This document shows positions 1-8,009 of a stretch of DNA of 32,000 nt, piece after piece. The stretch's first letter is position 1; every line of letters starts with the position of its first letter. Source of the stretch: Geotalea uraniireducens Rf4 (GTDB lineage Bacteria; Desulfobacterota; Desulfuromonadia; Geobacterales; Geobacteraceae); contig NC_009483.1 of NCBI RefSeq assembly GCF_000016745.1, positions 4,230,001 through 4,262,000 on the forward strand, written 5' to 3'. The translations under genes and the position numbers were made by a program. The notes below the pieces were generated by a model that saw only the letters and a list, made by a program, of their open reading frames with translations, had not been told where the DNA came from and did no database searches.

Positions 1-82
1 CCGTTTTCCTCACATGCAACATTTATCCATTAGTGTCCGATTAGAAGATTGCACTCTCCAAGCCATAAAAACCAGCACATTG

Positions 83-187
83 CACCCTCCCCTAACCCCT
101 CCCATCAAGGGAGGGGAGCTTTTAGGTCCCCTCGCCCCTTGTGGACCCAAACAGCGGGCCTAAAGGAGAGGGCTAGGGTGAGGGGAG
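83..187. repeat. GC-rich REP-like palindromic intergenic element (family 1, copy 1)
   Basis: Perfect 8-bp hairpin CCCCTCCC-atcaa-GGGAGGGG at 96-116. Outer arms CACCCTCCCCTAAC (left) and GCTAGGGTGAGGGG (right) are related as inverted repeats. The 24-nt core GGACCCAAACAGCGGGCCTAAAGG (143-166) recurs at 4051-4074 with 22/24 identity. The listed 61-aa ORF 49-234 is simply a translation of this element. Confidence 0.6.
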
Positions 188-312
188 AAGTGCGGATGCA
201 AAAACTAACCAGACATTGCTACCCAGCATTTTAACCGCAAAGACACCAGGAGACAAAGCATTTCTTCAGGAAAAGGGGCGGTGTCCCGGTCATCGCTATT
301 GGAAGTATGCCG

Positions 313-1053
313 TCATACTACGCCGCCGTCAACGACCAGGCACTGGCCGGTGATATACGACGCCCGCTCCGAGGCGAGGAACGCCACCGCCTCGGCAACC
401 TCCTCGACCCTGCCGATCCGCCCCAGCGACGCGCTCTTGACGATTTTATCCACCATTTCGGGCTTCATGGCAGCGGTCATCTCCGTCTCGATCAGTCCCG
501 GCGCCACGGCATTGACCCTGATCCCCATCGGCCCGACTTCCCTGGCCAGCGAACGGGTGAAACTCATCGCCGCCCCCTTGCTTGCTGCGTAGTTGGTCTG
601 TCCGGCAGTGCCGGTCAGGGCGGAGATGGAGGAGAGGTTGACGATAATCCCGCGCCGGTTGCCGATCATCTTCCGCACCCCCCACTTGCAGCAGTGGAAC
701 AGCGGGTAGAGGTTCCCCCTGAGCACCGCATCCCAGTCCTCGTCGGACATCATGGGGAGGTAGCCGTCGCGGATTATGCCGGCGTTGTTGACGAGGATAT
801 CGATGGCGCCGCCGTCTCCTGCCGCTGCCTCCATAAGGGCCATGGCCCCCTCGGCGGTGGCAACGTCCGCCTTCACCGCACTGATCGTGCCTGCCAGACC
901 GAAAGCCTCTTCCATCAAGGCCGCGGCCGCAGCATCGTTAGTCAGATAAGCAGCGGTGACCTGCGCCCCGAGCCGGGCGAAGTGCAGCGAGATGGCCCGG
1001 CCGATCCCTCTGGTGCCGCCGGTGACGACGACGATCTTGTCCTTGAACTCCAT
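313..1053 (-). CDS. fabG: 3-oxoacyl-ACP reductase (FabG-type classical SDR)
   Basis: 246 aa with TGGTRGIG cofactor motif, NNAG, and YAASK (YxxxK) catalytic motif. GAGGAG RBS lies about 6 nt upstream of the ATG at 1053. It is the last gene seen in the minus-strand operon. Confidence 0.9.
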   Translation of the reverse strand: MEFKDKIVVVTGGTRGIGRAISLHFARLGAQVTAAYLTNDAAAAALMEEAFGLAGTISAVKADVATAEGAMALMEAAAGDGGAIDILVNNAGIIRDGYLPMMSDEDWDAVLRGNLYPLFHCCKWGVRKMIGNRRGIIVNLSSISALTGTAGQTNYAASKGAAMSFTRSLAREVGPMGIRVNAVAPGLIETEMTAAMKPEMVDKIVKSASLGRIGRVEEVAEAVAFLASERASYITGQCLVVDGGVV

Positions 1054-1075
1054 GGTTACTCCTCAATACATTTAG

Positions 1076-1262
1076 ATCCACCACGAAATCACGGAGAAAG
1101 GCAGAACCTATTTACCGCAAAGACGCGAAGAGAACCTAAAACCTTTTTGGATTTAAACCAAAAGATTCCAGGATCTTAAACCCGGTCTTTGTTTTTCTTT
1201 GCGTCTTTGCGGTTCGATGGTTCTCAGGTACTGCCTTTCCTCTGTGTCTCTGTGGCAAATGG
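1076..1262. repeat. Long (~187 bp) imperfect palindrome / MITE-like element between the B12-rSAM and fabG genes
   Basis: The left arm 1078-1135 is CACGAAATCACGGAGAAAGGCAGAACCT...ACCGCAAAGACGCGAAGAGAAC. It matches the reverse complement of the right arm 1191-1261, which reads CACAGAGACACAGAGGAAAGGCAGTACCT...ACCGCAAAGACGCAAAGAAAAAC. Central small hairpin TTTTGG-atttaaa-CCAAAA. A partial third copy of ACCGCAAAGAC sits at 233-243. Confidence 0.7.
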
Positions 1263-1265
1263 TAG

Positions 1266-2648
1266 TTACATCGGCTTTACCCGGCTCCGCCCCAGCCGCT
1301 TCATCAGTTTCCACAACGGACCGCGCACCGGAAAGTGGCGCAACGCTTCGAGCATGGCGTCGCTCATGTTGATCTCCAGCCCCGGCGCCACCCAGTTTTT
1401 CCGGGCCAGCGCCCGTTCGGTCACCATCCGGCAAAGCGTCTCCCGGATGGGGGGCGAGATGTAGAAAACCGGCTCAAGAAGCGATGTCCGGCTGGTGATG
1501 ACGCCATCCGCCAGCGCCGCATCATGGAGGGGGGTGCCTGGAAATATCCTGATGCCGGTCATGGCAATGACCGCGGTCGGCTCCAGCTCGTCCATCAGGG
1601 AAAAGCTCTCGTCTATGGTCGCCTCGCTCTCGCCCGGGCCGCCGAAGAGGATGTAGTGGGCAAAATCCGCCCCCTGCTCCCTGCAGAGGCGGGAGGCGCT
1701 CCGCACATCTTCCACGCCGAACGACTTGCCGAGGTTACGCAGCATCTGCGCCGAACCGGATTCGCTGCCGAACTCCACGGCATCGCAGCCGGCTGCAATC
1801 ATGGCATTCAGCAGTGACGGGGTTACAAAGGCGGGATTGATGAACGCAGTCCAATTGATCGGCAGCTGCTCGGCAATGATGGCGCGGCAGAGCTCTTCGG
1901 CAAATTCCGGCGGATAGTTGAAGATATCATCGACAAAATAGATGTAACTGACGCCGAATCCATCGACAAGCGACCTGATCTCGGCGACGATCTCGCCGAT
2001 GGGGCGAAGCCTGATGCTGTTCCCCTCCAGGATCGGATAGGTGCAGTAAATACAGGTAAAAGGGCAGCCGCGCTTGGTCTGCAGATTGGCCATCCCCCCT
2101 TCGCGGTGGTAGCGGTCAACCGTGAAATGGCTCCGTTCAGCCGGGCCGATATTTTGTACGAGCCGGGCCGGGAGGCAGCCCGCCTCCCCCTTGACGAGCA
2201 CTCCCGGCAAAGAGCGAGGTGAAGCGCCGTCTGCCAGTGATGCAACCAGCTCCGGCAGAACTTCCTCCCCCTCGCCGACCACGCCGTAGTCGCCATCCAG
2301 GTAGGCGAGCAGTTCCACCGGCATGAGAGAGAAACCGGAACCGCCCAGAATGACCGGCGCTTTTCCCCGGCAGAGGTCCACGACCTTCCTGACCCCGGGC
2401 AGATAGGAACGGCTCCCGGGAAAAGTGACGTTGTCGATGTTCCTGATGGAAATCACCACCGCCGCGGGCATGAAGTCGAGGAGCGCCTCGCTCACGGCCG
2501 CGTCCGGGTCATCGGCAAAGCAGAGGTCGAGCACCCGCAGGCGATGCCCCCGTGCAGCCAGCGGCCCGGCAAGATAGGAAAGACCCAGGGGGAAGACCGG
2601 GTACGGGCTTTTCTCCCTGTTGGCGGAAATGAGCAGGATATCCATCAC
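1266..2648 (-). CDS. B12-binding-domain radical SAM protein (1 of 3)
   Basis: 460 aa. N-terminal Rossmann-like B12-binding region (ILLISANREKSPYPVFPLGLSYLAG), then the radical SAM motif CPFTCIYC. The start is GTG 2648 or ATG 2645, and both overlap the stop of the upstream thioesterase gene. Confidence 0.9.
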   Translation of the reverse strand: MMDILLISANREKSPYPVFPLGLSYLAGPLAARGHRLRVLDLCFADDPDAAVSEALLDFMPAAVVISIRNIDNVTFPGSRSYLPGVRKVVDLCRGKAPVILGGSGFSLMPVELLAYLDGDYGVVGEGEEVLPELVASLADGASPRSLPGVLVKGEAGCLPARLVQNIGPAERSHFTVDRYHREGGMANLQTKRGCPFTCIYCTYPILEGNSIRLRPIGEIVAEIRSLVDGFGVSYIYFVDDIFNYPPEFAEELCRAIIAEQLPINWTAFINPAFVTPSLLNAMIAAGCDAVEFGSESGSAQMLRNLGKSFGVEDVRSASRLCREQGADFAHYILFGGPGESEATIDESFSLMDELEPTAVIAMTGIRIFPGTPLHDAALADGVITSRTSLLEPVFYISPPIRETLCRMVTERALARKNWVAPGLEINMSDAMLEALRHFPVRGPLWKLMKRLGRSRVKPM

Positions 2649-3064
2649 ACCCCCAGAAAGGCCATCAGCCCCTGAAGCCTCTCGGCGATCACTTGCGGCA
2701 GTGCATATTGCAACACCCCGTCCCTGTCGGTCAGGGCATGCACCGTCCGGCCGGAAGCGGACAGCTTGCCCTCCTCGCCGAAGATGTCGCAGGCAAACTC
2801 CAGGGTGGCGGTTTCCGTGCGCCGCAGCGTAGTCCGTACCCGCAGTTCCTCGCCGAAGCGGGCCGGTCTTATGAATTTCAGCTCCAACGCCACCACCGGC
2901 GCCAGGTAGCCCGAATCTGCTATCTGTACCGCATCCAGGCCGAAGCGGCCGGCCAGGTCGTTGCGCCCGACTTCCATCCAGGCCACATAATGGCCGTGCC
3001 AGGCTATCTTATAGGCATCAACCTCGTTGAAGCGGACCTTTATCAAGGTTTCGTGAAAGTTCAC
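2645..3064 (-). CDS. Hot-dog fold acyl-CoA/acyl-ACP thioesterase (4HBT/YbgC-like)
   Basis: The core FHETLIKVRFNEVDAYKIAWHGHYVAWMEVGRNDL is typical of 4HBT thioesterases. I place the start at GTG 3064, which has an AAGAGGG RBS 5 nt upstream and gives about 139 aa. The longest ORF runs to GTG 3163, but its extra 33 codons are the translation of a heptad-repeat element, so the start is uncertain. Confidence 0.8.
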   Translation of the reverse strand: MNFHETLIKVRFNEVDAYKIAWHGHYVAWMEVGRNDLAGRFGLDAVQIADSGYLAPVVALELKFIRPARFGEELRVRTTLRRTETATLEFACDIFGEEGKLSASGRTVHALTDRDGVLQYALPQVIAERLQGLMAFLGV

Positions 3065-3159
3065 CAGTCCCTCTTTAACAAGGAGCGAGGAGCGATGCAC
3101 GAGGCACGAAGCACGAGGTCCGAGGAGCGAGGAAAGACTCGTTCCTTTATCCTCGTTCG
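3065..3159. repeat. Heptad-repeat structured element (CACGAGG/CACGAAG type)
   Basis: GCACGAG-GCACGAA-GCACGAG tandem heptads at 3097-3118. They are flanked by GAGGAGCGA direct repeats (about 3085-3095 and 3122-3132). An imperfect hairpin GAGGAAAG-actcgtt-CCTTTATCCTC follows. The element fills the gap between the FabD-like stop (3160) and the likely thioesterase start. Confidence 0.55.
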
Positions 3160-4020
3160 TCACCGATGTTCGCTCTCGATCCAGCGGTTGTATTTCTTCA
3201 GTGAATCCCCCACCCCCACCTCGAAGAAGGTCCTGACCCCGGACGCACGCAGGGCGTGATAGGTCTTTTCCCAGAATACCGGCTGGAAGAGCTGCCGCAG
3301 CATGAAATCGGCCAGGTCCGCAGCTGTGAGGTACTCCTGGTCAAGATGATCCATTAACGGGCAGAACGGCTCTGCGTAATGGTAATCGGCAAAGATGTCC
3401 CGCAATTCCTCTTCCGCCTCCGCCATCAGCGGGGTGTGGAGCGGAGCGTCACAGTCGAAGGTCTTTGCCGAAAAGGCCCCCTGCGCCAACGCTTCCGCCA
3501 TGGCCGTTTCCATATCCGGCCGCGTACCGGCCAGGAGAAAGTGACGGGAGGTGTTGTGGTTGGCCAAATGGACACCGTTATTTTCGGCAACGGCCAGAAG
3601 CGGCTCCAGGGTGAGGCCGATCACGCAGCCGAGGGCGTACCGGCGGCTCTTTCCCATCTGCGCCAGACACGAGCCGACACGACAGGTCAGCTCGACGACT
3701 TCCGCTTCGGGAAGGCAGCCGCAGGCGGCCAGAGCCGGATAGATCCCCATGCTGTGCTCGGCGACCAGATCCGGCGTTACCCCTTGACGGCGCATCTTCC
3801 GCGCCTGGTAAATGCTCATTGCCACGCCGAAGAGCTGGAGCTTGACGTTGTCGGTGCTCCCCTCCCCCAGCCAACTGAAGCTTTCCAGGTCGAAGCGGGC
3901 CCGTTCTCTCACCATCCCGGCAATGGCGGAAAAGTCGTCATCCACCGGCAACGTAGCGCTGCGCGACAAAGGTTGTCCGGGAAACATGAAACAGTTCATC
4001 AATAATAAACTCCGTAACAT
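3160..4020 (-). CDS. FabD-like acyltransferase (malonyl-CoA:ACP transacylase superfamily)
   Basis: 286 aa. The nucleophile elbow is AEHSMGIYPALAACG, with EHSMG in place of canonical GHSLG. Length and layout fit a stand-alone AT domain. Confidence 0.75.
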   Translation of the reverse strand: MLRSLLLMNCFMFPGQPLSRSATLPVDDDFSAIAGMVRERARFDLESFSWLGEGSTDNVKLQLFGVAMSIYQARKMRRQGVTPDLVAEHSMGIYPALAACGCLPEAEVVELTCRVGSCLAQMGKSRRYALGCVIGLTLEPLLAVAENNGVHLANHNTSRHFLLAGTRPDMETAMAEALAQGAFSAKTFDCDAPLHTPLMAEAEEELRDIFADYHYAEPFCPLMDHLDQEYLTAADLADFMLRQLFQPVFWEKTYHALRASGVRTFFEVGVGDSLKKYNRWIESEHR

Positions 4021-4028
4021 TCAGCAAC

Positions 4029-4143
4029 AAATTCCCCCCTTTGAGAAAGGGGACCCAAACTGTGGGCCTAAAGGGCAAGGGGGGATTTTCCTGGCTGCGA
4101 TGAAAGGCAAATCCCCCTAAATCCCCCTTTCATAAAGGGGGAC
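4029..4143. repeat. GC-rich REP-like palindromic intergenic element (family 1, copy 2)
   Basis: Outer inverted pair AAATTCCCCCCT (4029-4040) and AGGGGGGATTTT (4078-4089). Perfect hairpins CCCCTTT-gag-AAAGGGG (4036-4052) and TCCCCCTTT-cat-AAAGGGGGA (4122-4142). Tandem AAATCCCCCT x2 at 4109-4128. Core GGACCCAAACTGTGGGCCTAAAGG (4051-4074) is shared with 143-166. Confidence 0.65.
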
Positions 4144-4174
4144 TTGGTCTTTCGGAAGATTGGCACAAATCTGC

Positions 4175-5464
4175 CTACCCCTTGAATTTCGCCGTGCGGC
4201 GAATGGCGCTCCGGAAACCGAAATTCATCGGCGCAAAGACCTGCACGGAGCGGTGCAGCTTGAAAATCCGCCGATACATGGAGGAGAACGAGTAAAATGA
4301 GCTGTTAAGCCAGTCATGACCGGCCTGAAGCTCCGCGGCGGTCATCCCGCGGGGGATGAAGTTCACGTGCCCCATGTCGTAATCCCGCCAGTCGTTGGAG
4401 GTGATCCGCCCCTCCTCTTCCAGCCTCTTGCGGACCTGCGTGCCGGGATAGGGGGTGAGGATCGGAAAGATCGCCGCCTCGATTCGTGCCGCCTCGCAAA
4501 AACGAAGGATCGGCTCGAAAACCGCCGGCGTGTCGCCGTCGCAGCCGAGCACGAATGAACCTAGGATGCCGATACCATTATCGCGGAACGCCCTGGCTTG
4601 CTCGAGGTATGCGTCGGCCCGGTTGGTCACCTTCCCCATGGCGACGAGCGCCTCCTGGTTGAGCGACTCGAAACCGACGAACATGCCGATGCAGCCGGCC
4701 TCACCGGCCGCCCGCATCAGCTCTGGGTCTTTGGCGAAATCGATGGGGGCGTGGGAGAGCCACTTGAACCTCATCCCGCGCATGGCGGAAAAGAGTGACA
4801 AGGCGTAACGCCGGTTGGCCACCAGGTTATCGTCGACGAAAAAGGCAAATGAATTGTTCTTGCGCAGGATTTCCAGCTCGGCAAGCACCTGCTCAACCGG
4901 CCGTTCCCGGTATTTTCTGCCGTAAAAGGCGGTGACGGAACAGAATTCGCAGTCAAAGGGACAGCCGCGGGTCGTCTGGATTGTGTTGGTGAGGAGGTAC
5001 CCCTTGCGGTCGAAGATTTCGCGGCGGGCAACGGGAAGGTCGGCCATGTCGAGCATGGCGCCAGGGCGATAAACCGGTTGCAGCGCCCCCCGTTCGAAGT
5101 CGGCAATCAGTCGGGGCCAGACCAGATCCCCCTCGCCGACCACCACCGCATGCACATGGTTCAGCGCCTCGTCGGGAAGATTGCTGGCATGAAAGCCGCC
5201 CATGACCACACTGACACCCCTGGCGCGAAAAGCCGCGGCAATCTCGTAGGCACGGGGCGCCTGTGGAGTCATGGCGGTAATCGCCACCAGGTTGACATCG
5301 GCGGCAAGGTCGAGCGGCTCCACGTTCTCGTCACACAGCGCCACGTGCCAGTGCGCCGGCGTGGCCGCGGCAATGACGGCAAGCGAGAGGGACGGGAATT
5401 TGAATCCCAGTTCCCCCCACAATCTCCCCTTCGGCCATCCGGGAGAGACGAGGAGCAGTTTCAT
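4175..5464 (-). CDS. B12-binding-domain radical SAM protein (2 of 3)
   Basis: 429 aa. N-terminal B12-binding-like region (MKLLLVSPGWPKG...), radical SAM motif CPFDCEFC. Its ATG overlaps the ACP stop in an ATGA arrangement at 5461-5464. Confidence 0.9.
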   Translation of the reverse strand: MKLLLVSPGWPKGRLWGELGFKFPSLSLAVIAAATPAHWHVALCDENVEPLDLAADVNLVAITAMTPQAPRAYEIAAAFRARGVSVVMGGFHASNLPDEALNHVHAVVVGEGDLVWPRLIADFERGALQPVYRPGAMLDMADLPVARREIFDRKGYLLTNTIQTTRGCPFDCEFCSVTAFYGRKYRERPVEQVLAELEILRKNNSFAFFVDDNLVANRRYALSLFSAMRGMRFKWLSHAPIDFAKDPELMRAAGEAGCIGMFVGFESLNQEALVAMGKVTNRADAYLEQARAFRDNGIGILGSFVLGCDGDTPAVFEPILRFCEAARIEAAIFPILTPYPGTQVRKRLEEEGRITSNDWRDYDMGHVNFIPRGMTAAELQAGHDWLNSSFYSFSSMYRRIFKLHRSVQVFAPMNFGFRSAIRRTAKFKG

Positions 5465-5718
5465 TTACGATGTTCCGCGATATAAGCCGCCATGGTCCTG
5501 ACCGACTGGAAAACCTTGGTACCGGTCGCAGCATCGGCCACCACCACGCCGAATGCCTTTTCCATCCCCACCACCAGCTGCAGGGCGTCGATGGAATCAA
5601 GCCCCAACCCTTCACCAAAAAGTGGAGCGTCGGTGTCGATATCAGCGATTGACATCCCCTCAATGCGGAGACTGTCGATGATCAGTTGCTTAACCTGGTT
5701 TATCAATTCTTCAGACAT
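5461..5718 (-). CDS. Acyl carrier protein (dedicated, cluster-specific)
   Basis: 85 aa. Phosphopantetheine attachment motif GLGLDSIDALQLV and an acidic helical carrier-protein pattern. It starts 1 nt after the stop of the upstream acyltransferase gene. Confidence 0.9.
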   Translation of the reverse strand: MSEELINQVKQLIIDSLRIEGMSIADIDTDAPLFGEGLGLDSIDALQLVVGMEKAFGVVVADAATGTKVFQSVRTMAAYIAEHRK

Positions 5719-6621
5719 CTACAAACCCTTTTCCTTCTCTGTATTTTCATCCGCCCAGTAATCGAAAAAGTTGTACCACTGGTCGGGATAAGTTCTGATA
5801 TGGCGTTCGAAAACCCGGATAATCCGCTCTGTTCCTTCTTTGATCGACCGGGCATGCTCGGCATGCCCCCCGCTGAAATAAATCGGCTCCTCCATGATCG
5901 TGGCGTAGCGGCTCCCCTCCAGGGGAACAAAAACCGGGATGACCGGCGCACCGCTGGCGAGGGCCAGGTAGGCGGCGCCCAGCGGAATGGGAGCCGGCCT
6001 GCCGAAAAAGTCGAGGGTCATGGTGTGGGAGGAGCCGTCCCGCTCGCCGAGAAGCGCCAGAACCTCGTTACGCCGCAGGGCGTTAACCGCCTCGATCACC
6101 GCCAGCGGCGAGGTATCGTCGCGGTCCACATAGATGAAGCGGATACCACGCTCCCGCCGCACCTGCTCCCGCAGCTCGTTGACCCGCTCATCCGGCTCCC
6201 GGAAGGTGAGGACGTTGAGGGGATACCCCATGTCCGCCAGTCCCAGGCCGCCCAATTCCCAGTTTCCCAGGTGCGGGGAGATGAGGATGGCGCCGCACCC
6301 CGCCGCCAGGGCATCATCGAGGGCCCGGCCGCTTGACCTCCTGCCGATCAGCGATTGCAGTTTCGAGCCGCGCCACCGCATCATCAGCATCACGTCGCAC
6401 CAGTTGAGGGCGAACTTGTAATAGGTTGCGAATACCAGTCGTTCAACATCCCGCATACCGGTGATGACCCGGAGATTAGACCTGATGCCGCGCCGCTTCT
6501 CCGGCAGCATCAGGTAAAAGAGCCCACCCCAGAAGAGGGCGAAGGGGGGATGGAGAAACCGGGGGACCAGTATGGTAAAGAGTCTGATGAAAAACAGGTT
6601 TAAACTGCTGTAAAGTGCCAA
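5719..6621 (-). CDS. LpxL/HtrB-family (lysophospholipid / lipid A late) acyltransferase
   Basis: 300 aa. N-terminal hydrophobic anchor (FTILVPRFLHPPFALFWGGLFYLML), then SPHLGNWE. This is the HxxxxD/E-type motif region typical of lauroyl/myristoyl acyltransferases. Confidence 0.8.
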   Translation of the reverse strand: MALYSSLNLFFIRLFTILVPRFLHPPFALFWGGLFYLMLPEKRRGIRSNLRVITGMRDVERLVFATYYKFALNWCDVMLMMRWRGSKLQSLIGRRSSGRALDDALAAGCGAILISPHLGNWELGGLGLADMGYPLNVLTFREPDERVNELREQVRRERGIRFIYVDRDDTSPLAVIEAVNALRRNEVLALLGERDGSSHTMTLDFFGRPAPIPLGAAYLALASGAPVIPVFVPLEGSRYATIMEEPIYFSGGHAEHARSIKEGTERIIRVFERHIRTYPDQWYNFFDYWADENTEKEKGL

Positions 6622-6653
6622 TGAGCTGCCTTCTCGTTAAACTGCTGCCAATA

Positions 6654-8009
6654 CTAGAAAAAAAGATCGAATGCACAGGCCAGCATTTTTTTCAGCCTGA
6701 AGTCCTGTTTTTTGCCGTAATCCTTAAAATCGTCCACCGCTTTTGTCGATCGCCGGTAAAACCTGATGTATGCCTTGATGAGCAAAAACTGGAGCAGATG
6801 GCGGTTGATGCGCGGGTGGCGGAAGACGAGATGAAGCGCATCATAAAATTTCCAGCGTTTGACGAATATCCGCTCCTTCACCTCCTCGTAAAGTGCGGTG
6901 CCGGGATAGGGGGTCAGGATGGAGAACTGGGCAACGTTGGTGTTGAGCTTGACCGCCAGATCGATGGTTCGTTCAATGTCTTTGCGGCTCTCGTTAAGAT
7001 GGCCGAGTATGTAGCTGCCGAACACCTCGATGCCGTTTTCCTGCAACAGCTTTACCGCTGCGGCGGTCTCATCCCCCTGCCCTTTTTTGCCGAGCATTTG
7101 CAGCGCTTCGGCTCCGGCGCTCTCGATGCCGAGGAATATGGTCTTTGCCCCGGCGGCAGACATGGCCCGCACCATCTGCGGGTTTCTGACAATGGTATCG
7201 ACACGGGAAAAATTCCACCATTTCAGGTCAAAGCCACGTTCGCGGATACCCTCGGCAATGCCGATGACCCGTTCGGGCGAAAGGCTGAAGTTGTCGTCGA
7301 CAAAAGCAACCGCCCGGAAACCGTAGCGGGTGTAAACCTCGTCCAGCTCGGCCAGCACCGACTCGGGACTACGGCTGCGCCAGCCACGGCCGAAAAAGTT
7401 TGAAGAGGAACAGAAAGAGCAGCCACCGGGACAACCGCGGCTCGTCACCACCGGCGTCAGAAGAACACCGTCGACAACAGCGCTGTATCGGTTCAGGTCC
7501 AGGAGGTGGCGGGCGGGCAATGGGAGCAGCTCCACATCGGGCGTAGCGCCGTTGGGCGTTTCCACCAGGGTTTTGCCGTCACGAAAGATAATGCCGTCAA
7601 CCGCCGCCGGCTCCTCGCGCCGTTCCAATGCCTCGACCAGGCGGGGAAAGGTGAGTTCCCCCTCCCCTTTGATTATGTACTGGACATGACCGGTGCGGAG
7701 GATCTCATCGGCCATGAACTGGGGATGGGGCCCACCCATCACCACCGGACGTCCCAGGGCTGCTGCCTGCCGGGCAATGAGCATGGCCTTTTCTATGCGG
7801 GTGGTGTCCGAGGTAATGCCGACCAGGTCGGCGGCCTTGACGTCGAAGGCACAAAGCCCGTCAGGCTCGATCTGCAGGTCTTTTACCTGCACCGTATGAC
7901 CGGCCTGCTCAAGGCAGGCGGCGATGTAGAGCAGCCCCATAGGCGGCAGACTCACGCCGAAGGTGGTAAACACACCGGTGGACGGCGGATTTACCAGGAG
8001 AATCCTCAT
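6654..8009 (-). CDS. B12-binding-domain radical SAM protein (3 of 3)
   Basis: 451 aa. Begins MRILLVNPPS in a B12-binding-like region, radical SAM motif CPGGCSFC. Its start overlaps the stop of the upstream rSAM gene (ATGA at 8006-8009). Confidence 0.9.
   Translation of the reverse strand: MRILLVNPPSTGVFTTFGVSLPPMGLLYIAACLEQAGHTVQVKDLQIEPDGLCAFDVKAADLVGITSDTTRIEKAMLIARQAAALGRPVVMGGPHPQFMADEILRTGHVQYIIKGEGELTFPRLVEALERREEPAAVDGIIFRDGKTLVETPNGATPDVELLPLPARHLLDLNRYSAVVDGVLLTPVVTSRGCPGGCSFCSSSNFFGRGWRSRSPESVLAELDEVYTRYGFRAVAFVDDNFSLSPERVIGIAEGIRERGFDLKWWNFSRVDTIVRNPQMVRAMSAAGAKTIFLGIESAGAEALQMLGKKGQGDETAAAVKLLQENGIEVFGSYILGHLNESRKDIERTIDLAVKLNTNVAQFSILTPYPGTALYEEVKERIFVKRWKFYDALHLVFRHPRINRHLLQFLLIKAYIRFYRRSTKAVDDFKDYGKKQDFRLKKMLACAFDLFF

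Noticed and set aside
49-234. 61-aa ORF at the window start
   Set aside because: Its sequence (…PSPNPSHQGRGAFRSPRPLW…ERARVRGE…) is the literal translation of the GC-rich REP-like palindrome, not a gene.
307-1179. 290-aa plus-strand ORF overlapping fabG
   Set aside because: It is antisense to a gene with clear SDR motifs. Its composition is low-complexity and Arg/Gly/Pro/Asp-rich, and it runs on into the palindromic repeat.
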